NCBI GenBank assembly: GCA_943789275.1
Contig: CALSTM010000003.1
Location: 1 to 32,000, forward strand
From: Candidatus Poseidoniaceae archaeon
GTDB lineage: Archaea; Thermoplasmatota; Poseidoniia; Poseidoniales; Poseidoniaceae
Direction of reading: 5' to 3'
Length of the DNA stretch: 32,000 nt
The notes below the pieces were generated by a model, which saw only the letters and a program-made list of their open reading frames with translations, searched no databases and was not told the origin of the DNA. Both the position numbers and the translations under genes were made by a program. Positions 17,003 through 26,431 of the stretch are shown piece by piece. Every line of letters begins with the position of its first letter. Within the stretch, counting starts at the first letter, position 1.

Positions 17003-17360
17003 GAATAACTACCCCCTTGCCGGATGGGTTTTCGTTCATCAGCTCGCTGTAGGTCACAAATCGACCACCAGCGGCTTCTATCTTCTCGCGTGCACCGTTG
17101 CTAACACTGTAGGCGGCGATGGTGTGGTTGGCAGACAATTCACCTGAACCGAGCAGCTTGCCTGGAACGAGGATGGTTGCACCCTCGGGGGCGTAGCGGC
17201 TCACACGGCTCAAGTTCGGCTGCGCCCAATTTTTGCGACTCTTAGAGAGGCGCATGGCCACATCTCGCCAAACAGCGGCTCCGGTGTCGCGAGACTGGGC
17301 TTTCAACTGGTTGATAACATCAACAAGTTGTGCGTTTGTCTTACGTGTAGGATTGCTCAT
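16995..17360 (-). CDS. rpl18e: 50S ribosomal protein L18e (eL18)
   Basis: The 121-aa ORF has the N-terminus MSNPTRKTNAQLVDVINQLKA...W..VA..L..SRKN and a position 5' of rpl13, both as in archaeal L18e. The 15 nt upstream contain GAGGGAG (SD-like). Confidence 0.9.
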   Translation of the reverse strand: MSNPTRKTNAQLVDVINQLKAQSRDTGAAVWRDVAMRLSKSRKNWAQPNLSRVSRYAPEGATILVPGKLLGSGELSANHTIAAYSVSNGAREKIEAAGGRFVTYSELMNENPSGKGVVILG

Positions 17361-17512
17361 TTGACTCCCTCGATGCTTTGAAGCAATTCGCCGACCGGCC
17401 TTCCCATTATCAATGCACCGACGCGGTCATCGACTCCTTCGCGTCGCAGTGCAGCGAAAACTGAGTTTTTGAAATTTGAACGGGGCTTCGCCAAAATCGG
17501 CGGCTTGGTGGC

Positions 17513-17956
17513 TCACTCGTAGAGGATTTCGCCTTTCGCATCCAGTAATTCAACAGTAAGACCTGCAGCTCGCCCCTGAATGATGATCTCTTCGTGAAGC
17601 GTATCAGAAAAGTCGTCAAGTGCCCCCAGAGCGGTAATACCGGCAACGTCCGTCAGTTGGTCAATGAGGTGATTGAGGACGCACGATACGCCGTATGCTT
17701 GGCCTGCACGGAATGCGTGGTCCACTCCGCCAATTTCAGGGTCTTCGGCCTTCATACGAAGCATGACCTGCTGTGAATAGGCCACAAGAGCGCCGTAAAT
17801 CGACTCGATGATTTGGGCGGCCTCTAAGTCTCCGAGTAGCATTTGCGACTGGGCAAGAGCCGCACGTACTGCTTTACCGTACGTTGCGTGTGCTTCAATC
17901 GTGTTGCTTGTCTCTGTTTGCATTGCTTGGTCGATGAGTTGCTTCCAGTCTTCCAT
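17513..17956 (-). CDS. hypothetical cytoplasmic protein
   Basis: The ORF track starts at a GTG (17974). The first ATG (17954-17956) gives 147 aa, MEDWKQLIDQAMQ.... It is predicted helical and acidic, with no recognisable motif. It lies between the giant gene and rpl18e. Confidence 0.55.
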   Translation of the reverse strand: MEDWKQLIDQAMQTETSNTIEAHATYGKAVRAALAQSQMLLGDLEAAQIIESIYGALVAYSQQVMLRMKAEDPEIGGVDHAFRAGQAYGVSCVLNHLIDQLTDVAGITALGALDDFSDTLHEEIIIQGRAAGLTVELLDAKGEILYE

Positions 17957-18014
17957 GGACAAGCCACAGCGCACCGGCCCCTTGAAGGTTAAGGCGATTC
18001 ACGTTGATTTGAAA

Positions 18015-21000
18015 TCAAATCTTGAAATCTGTGCCTTCGCCTTCAACAATACCCGCTTGTCGGACAGAGCCATCGGCAGCGACGAATTCGCCGGCCTTGG
18101 TCTGCTTATCGTAAAGGTTCACCAATTCCTTGCGCTCAACCATTCCACCTTCGCCAAGTGCGATGGTGAGTGAACGGGTGATGGCATCCAAGGTGTGCAA
18201 TGCACGGTCTCGGTGACTTGCATCGATGGTATGGTCGGAATAACGAGCTTCTTCAAAGACAGAAAGGAAGTCATCAAGTTGCTCAGAAGGTACCATACTG
18301 AACGCTGAACGAACTGCAGTTTCGAATTCACGGGTTGTTTCGTATACCTTCTTCATGAAACCGTAACGCTTGAAGTGCTTCACCAGATTCTTGTAACAGT
18401 CAAAGATGATTGCAATGAACTCGTTGCTCGCTTCCAATTGCATCATTGCGTCGGTCAAGATACCCTTGAGGGCTTGGACTTGACGGCGAGCTTGTGCACG
18501 TTGGTAGTAGATCGCTCCAGCAATCAACAACGACATTAAGACAATGACAAACGCCATTGTTTTCGCCGGAGTAAAGAAACTTGCTTGGTCATCGAGTGAC
18601 GCTGCTTTCATCCAAATGATTTCGTGAGTCACGTTGTCCAATGATTCTTCGAAATAGGTCGAACCAGGGTAGTATGCGATGATTCGCCATTGGCCAGAAC
18701 AAGCAACACCGTCACAGGTCTTTCCATCGAAAGCCCATTCAAAGTCTGCAATACCCTGCTCATTTGTACGGGATTTGTTGGTTCCTTCGACAACCCACTC
18801 GTTGTTCTCATCGGACCAGTATTGGCGGACAAACCAAACTTCTTCGTTTTCGACAGATAAGTCAAGACGGTCGCGTTGCAGTGCAATGGAACCGATTACA
18901 GGGTCGCCTGTGTCCAATCCATTGTCACCAGAGTGGCTCCATGTTTGCTTCACTTGTAAATCGACACGAGAGCGGACCAAAACCAACTGGTCAACGTGAG
19001 AACCGTTCAAAACATTGGACGAGTCCTTGTCACAGCCGCCAGGGATGTTGACATCTGGTTCGAACGCAATTCGCAATGTACGGAAACCTTCGAGTTTACC
19101 ACCAGTAGTTTCAACGCCGCGCAAGGTTGGATTTTGACTTGGGTCGCCACTGAACCACTCGATGGTTCCGTCGATATCGCTTGTACGAATCGTTGAAATC
19201 GGTCGAATGTTCTGTTCAGGGTCAAGGTAAATGTTGAGGCACTTGCCACCGACAAACTGGCCATTGGATTGCATCAGTTTAGCATCAACGTGGAACGATT
19301 CCTTAAGATACAATACTGGGTATTCTGTCGTATTAGGAGCAGTCCAAGTTTCAACGCTGGACTTGAACGGTCCAACTTCATTCAATGCGAGCGTAGAGTT
19401 CGAAAAGACATCGAATTCAGTCTCATATGTGTCGTTCTGATACCGATAAGCATCGTTGTTGTCATAGGAAGAGTAGGTCACTGTGACCTTTGCCTTACCT
19501 GCAGATACGTCGGACAGTGGACATTCAATTGAGAAGTAGCCGTCGAGGTCTGTCATACCGGTATTGCACGAGGTTGGGCTCGATTGGCTGTTTACCATCT
19601 CGTAGTTCACCCGAATCTTACGGTTGGTGAGGTTTGTGCCGAGTTCGTCTTGAAGTTGTCCCGTGACAATCATTGGCTTCGGAATGACTTCACCGGTAAT
19701 CGGACTGATCTCGCTCGTGTAAACAATCTGGTCGTCTACCGATAATGCAGTTCGTCCAATGAAGGAGAACCCATTGGCATTGTTGGTCATCTTCAGCCTA
19801 AAGTGATCGTTTCCAGGTACGCTAAGGCACGGGTCCCAAGCGCCTTGGATGCCAAGCGAAGCTGGGTCAAGAGAAGCGCAACCTTCGTTTGGAAGGTTTT
19901 CTTCAAACCGTAGAATAACGTTGACTGGGCCAAATCCATCAGGTAAGAACGACTCTGGGTCATCCCTCAACGAAACAGCATTCAGAGGTGAAATATCTGC
20001 CTTTAGACATCCTGTTCGTCCGTTGAAAGTAGTGCTGGTTTCAAGTCGATCTAAAATACCGTCTTGGTTGATGTCGCGGTCTGCAAATCCATCGCCGTTA
20101 CCATCATAGTAGCACAGGTGAGATGAGTCAGATGCCGGCTCTGGTAAAGTGATGATTCCAGCTGACGGGCGAACTGTCGCCACGATTTGACGGTGCGTAA
20201 CACCGTTGAAATCTACGCCTTCAAAGATAACATCGACCAATCCGCCGTTTGGAGATTCTGCACCGTCGAGTGCCGAACCGCCTGAATCACGTATAGACGT
20301 AGTATTGTCGTCGGTAACTTGTGCCGTGAAATCCCAAATATCGCCAGACTGTCTGAGATTTGAACTGGTTGAATCAACCGAAAGGTAGGTTCGGGATACG
20401 ACCCAAACTTGTTGCACCATGGTGTTGCCCTTGAGCAACGGCGTTCCCGCAAACTCGAATTGAAGTGTAAAGTCACCCAAATCATCTGCTGCTGAGATGT
20501 TAAATGGAATTTCAAAGAAACCATTGTCGTCTGTGTAATTCACACCGGTTCTACCGTCTGCGGACCAAGTGTAGTTAACAGGTACATTCCGTACTGGTTG
20601 CAGAGAATTGTCAATGAGCTTGGCTTGAATTGTTGTACTGGTGTTTCGATACAAACGAGGTACAGAAGTTGTTTGGAAGTCGGTCGTTCCAACGACGGTG
20701 ACGTTGATGTATGCGCCTGTTTCTGCAAGAGTTGAACTGTTTCCGGTGAAGTAGAATGCGGAGTTCGTGAAGTCAACACGCATTCCGTATGTTCCTGCGC
20801 CGTATTGTTGGTACCAAGACCAGTTGTATTCGAAGTTCGCATCACAGGTAGGGCAGTCCTTTGTTGGGCGTTGCGTGTATGCCGTCTCTGTAGAACCGAG
20901 GAATTGGCCGTTGCCGTCGATATCGACTTGAAGTGCAATCGGATCTGCATCCCACGGTTCGTTGGTTCGGTTGGTAACTGAACCGGTAACAAAGAGCGTG

Positions 21001-24000
21001 TCGCCGGTGTTCATTTCCGGCACAAGTTCACATCGAACCAAACTGTTTGGGTCGGTTGGGTCGACTGCGCCACAAGGCGGCAAGTCGCTGTCGCCACCGT
21101 TCACCAAATTGATGAACCAATGCGTCGAATTGGTCGAGATGAAATTTCGAAGTTGTACTTCTTCATCGTTCAATGTCAACGGGTCGCCGTTCCAGTTCTT
21201 TGGATACGGTTTGGGCTTGGAGATATCAGCGAAATTCAATCCAGCCCCAGTAAGTGCTTCAGAGTGGAATAATGTTGCCCAGTTGCCGAAGGTTCCATCG
21301 CCGTTGTTGATCGAAGAGTTGTACCAGTATACTGGATTGGTTCCTTCAATAATCATCTGACCTTCGATGTTCATACGGTGCATGACCCGGATACCCTGTG
21401 GTTCAGTCTCATCGCCGTACAAATACGGGAATGGGTCTTCCGAAGCAAGCCCCGGTTGTGCGATAGCCGTCACTTCATAGTCACCCGCAGGTAAACTCGT
21501 ATTGGTGTAATCGTAGGTGATAATATCTCCATTTCCATCAAGCAATGGTTTGAGTTCCAAAGAGTTCGCATCCCATGCGACTTCTTCGTAACCACCAGGA
21601 ATCTGGCCGACGCCGTTGTCACGTGAAGAGTTCCACTGAATTTGCTTCCATAGTCCATTGATTCCAATGTCTTGAACAAAGGTGACCGAGACAAGCCCGT
21701 TACTGCCGGCTCGGTATCCGTTACCACCAAGACCAGTGAAATTGGTCGGGTGAGTGTAGTTACCAAAGATCCCTCCTCGTACGGAGAATGTAAACGGTGT
21801 ATCCGGTACGAGATTGTTGAAGATACCGCGCTGTACATCAGCGGTGTAGTACGACCACATGTCTATCCAGAACGGTTGTTCGTCACTTCTGAAGTAACTG
21901 TCCATGTAAATATCTGCGGTGAGGTTTGCAGACGCTCCGACATAGTAAGAGGTCGATTCGGAACCATTGAAAATGAACATCTCGCTGACAACAGCATAGA
22001 CTCGGTATGTTGTATTGTCGCCAACTGTCAAATCCTCTGGGTAAAGGAATTGTCCGACGGTGAAATTACCGGCAGCGTTCGTAAGAACGTTGATTGTTTC
22101 CAAAGCAATTGTTCCGTTACCGGCCCACTCGATGATAACTTGTACTGGAAGTTCATTTGCCGGTGTGAGTCCACCAGACCCTTCTGGGTCTATCCAATCG
22201 ACATGACCGCTGAAAATGGTTGGCGATTGCGCATCAAGCCAGAGCGTGCCTGGCGAATTCAGCGAGATATAGGTCGGTGCCTTATCGTCTTCATCGGGAA
22301 GACAATCGTTATCGCTGTCCCAGTCACTCGATTCTGCACCACCATAGCACGGAGAGGTCGTTTCGCCCTCTTCTAAATGGTCGTAATCGGCATCTACCAG
22401 TGAATCGTTATCATCGTCGTTGTCGATGACGTCTGGTCCAGTTCCTGGCTCAAGTGGGTTGGCCAATCCTTCTCCATTTCCGAAGTCATCGTGGTCCCAA
22501 GGGTTGGTAGAGTTTCGATTAAAGCGGGTAGGCCAAAGTAATACTTCGTCATCGTCCAGCATTCCATCTTGGTCGTCGTCTTTGTCAATATCATCACGGA
22601 GACCGTCGTTGTCGTGATCAAACGGTGCTACGTGGTTTACAGATGGATCATAGAGTTCGACGAGGTTTGGGATGCCGTCCGCATCCCAATCGTCATCCGC
22701 CCAATTGACGATACCATCGTTATCTGTATCGAAAGGCGATTGTTCTTCGCCCCAGAAACAACCTGGGAGTAATTCTTGTTCTGCGTCGTGGATTCCATTG
22801 TTATCGTCGTCCCAGTCTTCAGCGTCCGGCACCCCGTCGTTGTCGTTGTCAACGTCGTAGAGTTTGGGTTCAATGAGTCCTTGTGAAAGAATACCACGGT
22901 CCCAAACAGCTTGGAAGAATCCGTCATCATCAACATCGGCATCGTTACCATCGTCATCGTTATCGACGCAGTTTAATCCGTTGAAGAAGTTGCCATTATT
23001 TTGATTTGCATCGTTGTCGAGGTCATCGTCTGTATCGATTTCGAAGAAGTCCCAAACACCGTTGTTATCGTCGTCAACATCGTACCAATCGTAGACTGAA
23101 TCGTAATCGTTATCCAAGTCAACTGTTGCGTTGGTGAAATCTCCGTCAATGTCTCCATCGACCGAGTTCTTGAGAAGGTCTGCTCCCAGTTCATCGGGGA
23201 AATCAGCCACAGGTCCGTTGTCGGAAGTCCATTGCCAAATTCCTGATGCGAGTCCAAACCAAGTGACGAATGCGTCACGGTTGTTTTGCATTTGAGTGAA
23301 GGTTATACCGGACTCAATGGCGCCATCGCCACCAAAATCGTAGTGCCAGCATCCACCTTGTGCTCCTGGTGTACAACTCCAGTTTCCTGAAGGGCCACCG
23401 GTCGTTGCGCCTTGGTCGACAAACGCATCTGGGCGAGTCGAATAAGGTGAGCCAAATTGAGCGTTAACGCCGGTTAGTGGCATGTGATATGCGAGGGCAT
23501 AATTGTAACCGCAAGTGTATCCGCCACCAATGTTTCCTGCCGTCCAACCGCAAGAAGTGAGGTTCATCGAACCGCCCATCTTCGGGTCGTTAATATCGTA
23601 TAATCCATCGTTTGCTTCGTCTTGGTCCCACCAATCAGGTAAACCGTCCGCATCTTGGTCGATATCAAGTCCGTTGGTCAACGAATCACCATCCGCATCG
23701 ATATCCCAGTCGTTGCCTCCGTTGTATGGAGACCACCGAGCAAACAGGAACCAATAGTATTCTGGAACGGTTCCTGGCGTAACTGGAGTGGTTGTCGCAT
23801 CATAGCCGTTGTAATCGAGGACAACGTTAGCAAATGGGTTGTGCGAGAAAACGAGGTTCCAATGGTCGCTTGAGTTGTCCGTGTACGGTGTGCTGTCTTG
23901 GCTACCATCGAGAGCGCCACCATCCGCTACAGGATAGTATGGGTTGGCAAAATTGTCGTTTGCGTCGTAGTCAACAGTGCCACAGTTGCCGTCATCAGGG

Positions 24001-26159
24001 TCATAAAAGTCAGAAATACCGTCGTTGTCGTCGTCCCAATCGATGTCGTTTTCAAGGCCGTCTCCATCGATATCGGAGTCAACGGAGTTTGGACCGTCAT
24101 CACGGTACAATGCTCCGTTGATGGAGTGCAAGTCGCCATCGTTATCCAAATCACAATCAGGGTCAATGTCAAGAGCGTCGATGATACCATCGTTGTCGTC
24201 ATCAACGTCAATCCAGTTGTTGATTCCATCGCCATCCCAGTCGTTGAATTGTGAATAAGAAGCGCGCTGCGTGTTGCAGCGTGGGTCCGGGCTAACTGGA
24301 TTCGGGTTTGCCAATGTTGGGCAATTCCAGCCAGCAACTTCAGCAGTTGTGTTCAATGGGAAAGCGTCGAGTTCGTTGGTGACTTGGTCGTTGTCAAGGT
24401 CGTATTCGAAGTTGTTTGCATCGCCGCTCACAGTAATGTCTCCAAGGTTGTCAGGTGTTGGCGTACCGCCCATGTCAGGGTCAAGCCAGTCGTAAACTGC
24501 ATTGTAGTTCTGGTCGAAAGGTCGCAATCGGTCGTCATCAAGGTCATGATCATAATCCATCTCACAATCAATTGCCCCATCACCATCAGCATCTGCACCA
24601 GGTACATGGAAAAGAACAGTAGATACGCTTGAGACAATGATGGATGCTCCTGAATTGCCTCCGATAATTGAAACATCGTCACCTACAGAATAACCATAGC
24701 CGCCGAATGACAGGTTAGCGAAGAGAACTTCTCCATTGGCATCGGTTACGGTGTCGACTGTGAGGCCAATACCGTTGATGCCTGAAGTTGCAACACCGTT
24801 TCCTGCGATGTAATTCAAACCGCCTGAAAGAGTCGAGGCGTCCAATCCAGTTACGACTCCGTTTCGAATGGAGTTATCGTAGTCTGCGAGATTGTCGTTG
24901 TTGACGTCAATGACGGTACAGGTGTCGAGGATACCGTCGTTGTCGTCATCTGGGTCCACCATGTCAAGAATGCCGTCGTTGTCATCGTCCGTATCTGCGC
25001 TGTCAGGGGTGCCGTCGTTGTCATTATCTGGGTCAATGAAGTTCGGTATGAGGTCGCCATCTAGGTCGCCATCTACGATTGTCGTGAAGGCTGGAATGCC
25101 ACTTGGCCCACCTGAATATAATGGGGCATTTGCCGCGTTCACACGATTGAGTTCTTCAGAAAGATAGTTGACTCCACCAGAATAGGCGCGGTAGGAGTTA
25201 AAATCCCAGTTTACTGGGGCTGCGTAGAGGTTTGAAGAAGCAGACATCGAGGCTGTTTGTGTTGCATCGTAGGGATGTATGTCGTCGACGTCGTCAACAC
25301 CGTCTCCATCGTCATCGTTATCAAAATAGTCCTGAATACCGTCGCTATCGAGGTCACAAGGCCACTTGAATTGGTCGATACGTGCATCATTGTCGTCATC
25401 TTCGTCGTAACTGCCGGCCCCTGAACCATCAGAATCTTCATCGGTTACGCCATCGTTATCGTGGTCCATTGGATTTTGGTCGGCCATGTAGAATGAGCCG
25501 AGTGCTTCCCCAGTCCATGGATGGATGATGCTTGAGTCAAGTATTCGGTCTGTGCTTACGTTCACCGGATCGAGTCCGAGAGCTTCAAGAGCAGGTATGT
25601 CGAGAGGTCCTTCGAGAATACCGTCGTTATCATCGTCCCAATCAAGAGCGTCTGTGATACCGTCGTTGTCGTGGTCGAAGGGGTCGGTTCCATAACAGCC
25701 GTCAAAACGTTCGAGCAAGTCGTAAATGCCGTCGTTATCATCGTCTAAGTCGTAGAGGTCACTGACACCATCATTGTCGTGATCGTCTTTGTTCGATTCT
25801 TCCAGAAGCGGAGCGAACCGCGGCATGAGTGCCTCGATTGCTGACTTGTCGGTAATAATTCCTGATGCGACTCCAGGGTCCGTCCACATGACCTCTGAAA
25901 GAATCGGGTGGTTGTCCAGTTGCCACTGGTCTTGTGCCCCATTCCATGAGCCTTGACCGCCCTGTTCAGTCGATTGAACTGGGGCGGTTAGGGTGATTTT
26001 TTCGCCTTCCCTGAACGTAACGGTCTGGGCTGTCTCTTCAGAACTAAAATCTTGAACGAGTGCAAGCATAGTGCTTGTCAACATCAAGATGATAATCGTC
26101 ATCGACATGGTGATTTTCTGTCTGTGGCTAATTGTTTCTAAGTGGTTTTTGGAGAGCAT
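18015..26159 (-). CDS. giant (2714-aa) type-I-like surface protein: signal anchor, ~30 TSP3-type Ca-binding loops, multiple Ig/prealbumin-like domains, TM helix, DUF4129-like cytoplasmic tail
   Basis: - An uninterrupted 8.1-kb ORF with ATG at 26157-26159, preceded by GAGGTG 5 nt upstream.
- N-terminal hydrophobic segment MSMTIIILMLTSTMLALV.
- Recurrent DHDNDGxxD / DDDNDGIxD loops across aa ~125-1330.
- A beta-rich region across aa ~1330-2530.
- TM helix MAFVIVLMSLLIAGAIYY followed by QRAQARRQ and a 164-aa tail. Confidence 0.92.
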   Translation of the reverse strand: MLSKNHLETISHRQKITMSMTIIILMLTSTMLALVQDFSSEETAQTVTFREGEKITLTAPVQSTEQGGQGSWNGAQDQWQLDNHPILSEVMWTDPGVASGIITDKSAIEALMPRFAPLLEESNKDDHDNDGVSDLYDLDDDNDGIYDLLERFDGCYGTDPFDHDNDGITDALDWDDDNDGILEGPLDIPALEALGLDPVNVSTDRILDSSIIHPWTGEALGSFYMADQNPMDHDNDGVTDEDSDGSGAGSYDEDDDNDARIDQFKWPCDLDSDGIQDYFDNDDDGDGVDDVDDIHPYDATQTASMSASSNLYAAPVNWDFNSYRAYSGGVNYLSEELNRVNAANAPLYSGGPSGIPAFTTIVDGDLDGDLIPNFIDPDNDNDGTPDSADTDDDNDGILDMVDPDDDNDGILDTCTVIDVNNDNLADYDNSIRNGVVTGLDASTLSGGLNYIAGNGVATSGINGIGLTVDTVTDANGEVLFANLSFGGYGYSVGDDVSIIGGNSGASIIVSSVSTVLFHVPGADADGDGAIDCEMDYDHDLDDDRLRPFDQNYNAVYDWLDPDMGGTPTPDNLGDITVSGDANNFEYDLDNDQVTNELDAFPLNTTAEVAGWNCPTLANPNPVSPDPRCNTQRASYSQFNDWDGDGINNWIDVDDDNDGIIDALDIDPDCDLDNDGDLHSINGALYRDDGPNSVDSDIDGDGLENDIDWDDDNDGISDFYDPDDGNCGTVDYDANDNFANPYYPVADGGALDGSQDSTPYTDNSSDHWNLVFSHNPFANVVLDYNGYDATTTPVTPGTVPEYYWFLFARWSPYNGGNDWDIDADGDSLTNGLDIDQDADGLPDWWDQDEANDGLYDINDPKMGGSMNLTSCGWTAGNIGGGYTCGYNYALAYHMPLTGVNAQFGSPYSTRPDAFVDQGATTGGPSGNWSCTPGAQGGCWHYDFGGDGAIESGITFTQMQNNRDAFVTWFGLASGIWQWTSDNGPVADFPDELGADLLKNSVDGDIDGDFTNATVDLDNDYDSVYDWYDVDDDNNGVWDFFEIDTDDDLDNDANQNNGNFFNGLNCVDNDDDGNDADVDDDGFFQAVWDRGILSQGLIEPKLYDVDNDNDGVPDAEDWDDDNNGIHDAEQELLPGCFWGEEQSPFDTDNDGIVNWADDDWDADGIPNLVELYDPSVNHVAPFDHDNDGLRDDIDKDDDQDGMLDDDEVLLWPTRFNRNSTNPWDHDDFGNGEGLANPLEPGTGPDVIDNDDDNDSLVDADYDHLEEGETTSPCYGGAESSDWDSDNDCLPDEDDKAPTYISLNSPGTLWLDAQSPTIFSGHVDWIDPEGSGGLTPANELPVQVIIEWAGNGTIALETINVLTNAAGNFTVGQFLYPEDLTVGDNTTYRVYAVVSEMFIFNGSESTSYYVGASANLTADIYMDSYFRSDEQPFWIDMWSYYTADVQRGIFNNLVPDTPFTFSVRGGIFGNYTHPTNFTGLGGNGYRAGSNGLVSVTFVQDIGINGLWKQIQWNSSRDNGVGQIPGGYEEVAWDANSLELKPLLDGNGDIITYDYTNTSLPAGDYEVTAIAQPGLASEDPFPYLYGDETEPQGIRVMHRMNIEGQMIIEGTNPVYWYNSSINNGDGTFGNWATLFHSEALTGAGLNFADISKPKPYPKNWNGDPLTLNDEEVQLRNFISTNSTHWFINLVNGGDSDLPPCGAVDPTDPNSLVRCELVPEMNTGDTLFVTGSVTNRTNEPWDADPIALQVDIDGNGQFLGSTETAYTQRPTKDCPTCDANFEYNWSWYQQYGAGTYGMRVDFTNSAFYFTGNSSTLAETGAYINVTVVGTTDFQTTSVPRLYRNTSTTIQAKLIDNSLQPVRNVPVNYTWSADGRTGVNYTDDNGFFEIPFNISAADDLGDFTLQFEFAGTPLLKGNTMVQQVWVVSRTYLSVDSTSSNLRQSGDIWDFTAQVTDDNTTSIRDSGGSALDGAESPNGGLVDVIFEGVDFNGVTHRQIVATVRPSAGIITLPEPASDSSHLCYYDGNGDGFADRDINQDGILDRLETSTTFNGRTGCLKADISPLNAVSLRDDPESFLPDGFGPVNVILRFEENLPNEGCASLDPASLGIQGAWDPCLSVPGNDHFRLKMTNNANGFSFIGRTALSVDDQIVYTSEISPITGEVIPKPMIVTGQLQDELGTNLTNRKIRVNYEMVNSQSSPTSCNTGMTDLDGYFSIECPLSDVSAGKAKVTVTYSSYDNNDAYRYQNDTYETEFDVFSNSTLALNEVGPFKSSVETWTAPNTTEYPVLYLKESFHVDAKLMQSNGQFVGGKCLNIYLDPEQNIRPISTIRTSDIDGTIEWFSGDPSQNPTLRGVETTGGKLEGFRTLRIAFEPDVNIPGGCDKDSSNVLNGSHVDQLVLVRSRVDLQVKQTWSHSGDNGLDTGDPVIGSIALQRDRLDLSVENEEVWFVRQYWSDENNEWVVEGTNKSRTNEQGIADFEWAFDGKTCDGVACSGQWRIIAYYPGSTYFEESLDNVTHEIIWMKAASLDDQASFFTPAKTMAFVIVLMSLLIAGAIYYQRAQARRQVQALKGILTDAMMQLEASNEFIAIIFDCYKNLVKHFKRYGFMKKVYETTREFETAVRSAFSMVPSEQLDDFLSVFEEARYSDHTIDASHRDRALHTLDAITRSLTIALGEGGMVERKELVNLYDKQTKAGEFVAADGSVRQAGIVEGEGTDFKI
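18165..18452 (-). other. DUF4129-like segment in the cytoplasmic tail of the giant protein
   Basis: ...FDCYKNLVKHFKRYGFMKKVYETTREFETAVRSAF....LDDFLSVFEEARYSDHTID... matches the remembered DUF4129 signature (T-x-x-E-F/Y ... F/Y-E-x-A-R-Y-S/G). No HMM was run. Confidence 0.5.
22170..25790 (-). other. TSP3 (thrombospondin type 3-like) Ca-binding loop array inside the giant gene
   Basis: I counted about 30 D-x-D-x-D-G-x-x-D-x-x-D loops by eye in the translation. The DNA shows dispersed copies of gccgtcgttgtc-type 12-mers (the reverse complement of D-N-D-G codons). Confidence 0.8.
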
Positions 26160-26324
26160 GTGGGCACCTCGGAATCATTTCCCCACCTGCATACCCTATT
26201 TGAAAGCCGTGGCGCGGTTGCGTGTTTCGGTATCACTGAAGTGATTGCGTATCATCGCCCACTGGAGAAGCGTATTCAGCGTAAATGAAACGTGAAGGAT
26301 AAAGAGAATTGATGCTCTGTAAAT

Positions 26325-26402
26325 CGAAGAGAAAAAAAGAAAAGGAGGATTTCCAGGGGGCGAACCCCCTAGAAATCCGGCGCCCCGATACCGAAGTATC
26401 GG
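26325..26402 (-). terminator. intrinsic-terminator-like element: two UUCG-tetraloop hairpins followed by oligo-U tract
   Basis: On the minus strand, 30 nt after the stop of the 568-aa gene, there are three elements:
- CCGAUAC-UUCG-GUAUCGG (26385-26402).
- GGAUUUC.A.GGGGG-UUCG-CCCCC.U.GAAAUCC (26347-26378), which forms 13 bp with one mismatch.
- The T-rich tract CCTTTTCTTTTTTTCTCTTC (26325-26346). Confidence 0.5.
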
Positions 26403-26431
26403 TGTATCATACGATAGTTTCGTCACTGTAT

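Noticed and set aside
17465-17490. A GTTCAAAT (T-loop-like) string on the minus strand upstream of rpl18e, possibly a second tRNA
   Set aside because: The flanking bases cannot form a 5-bp T stem (GCCCC vs TTCAA). No acceptor or anticodon stems could be drawn.
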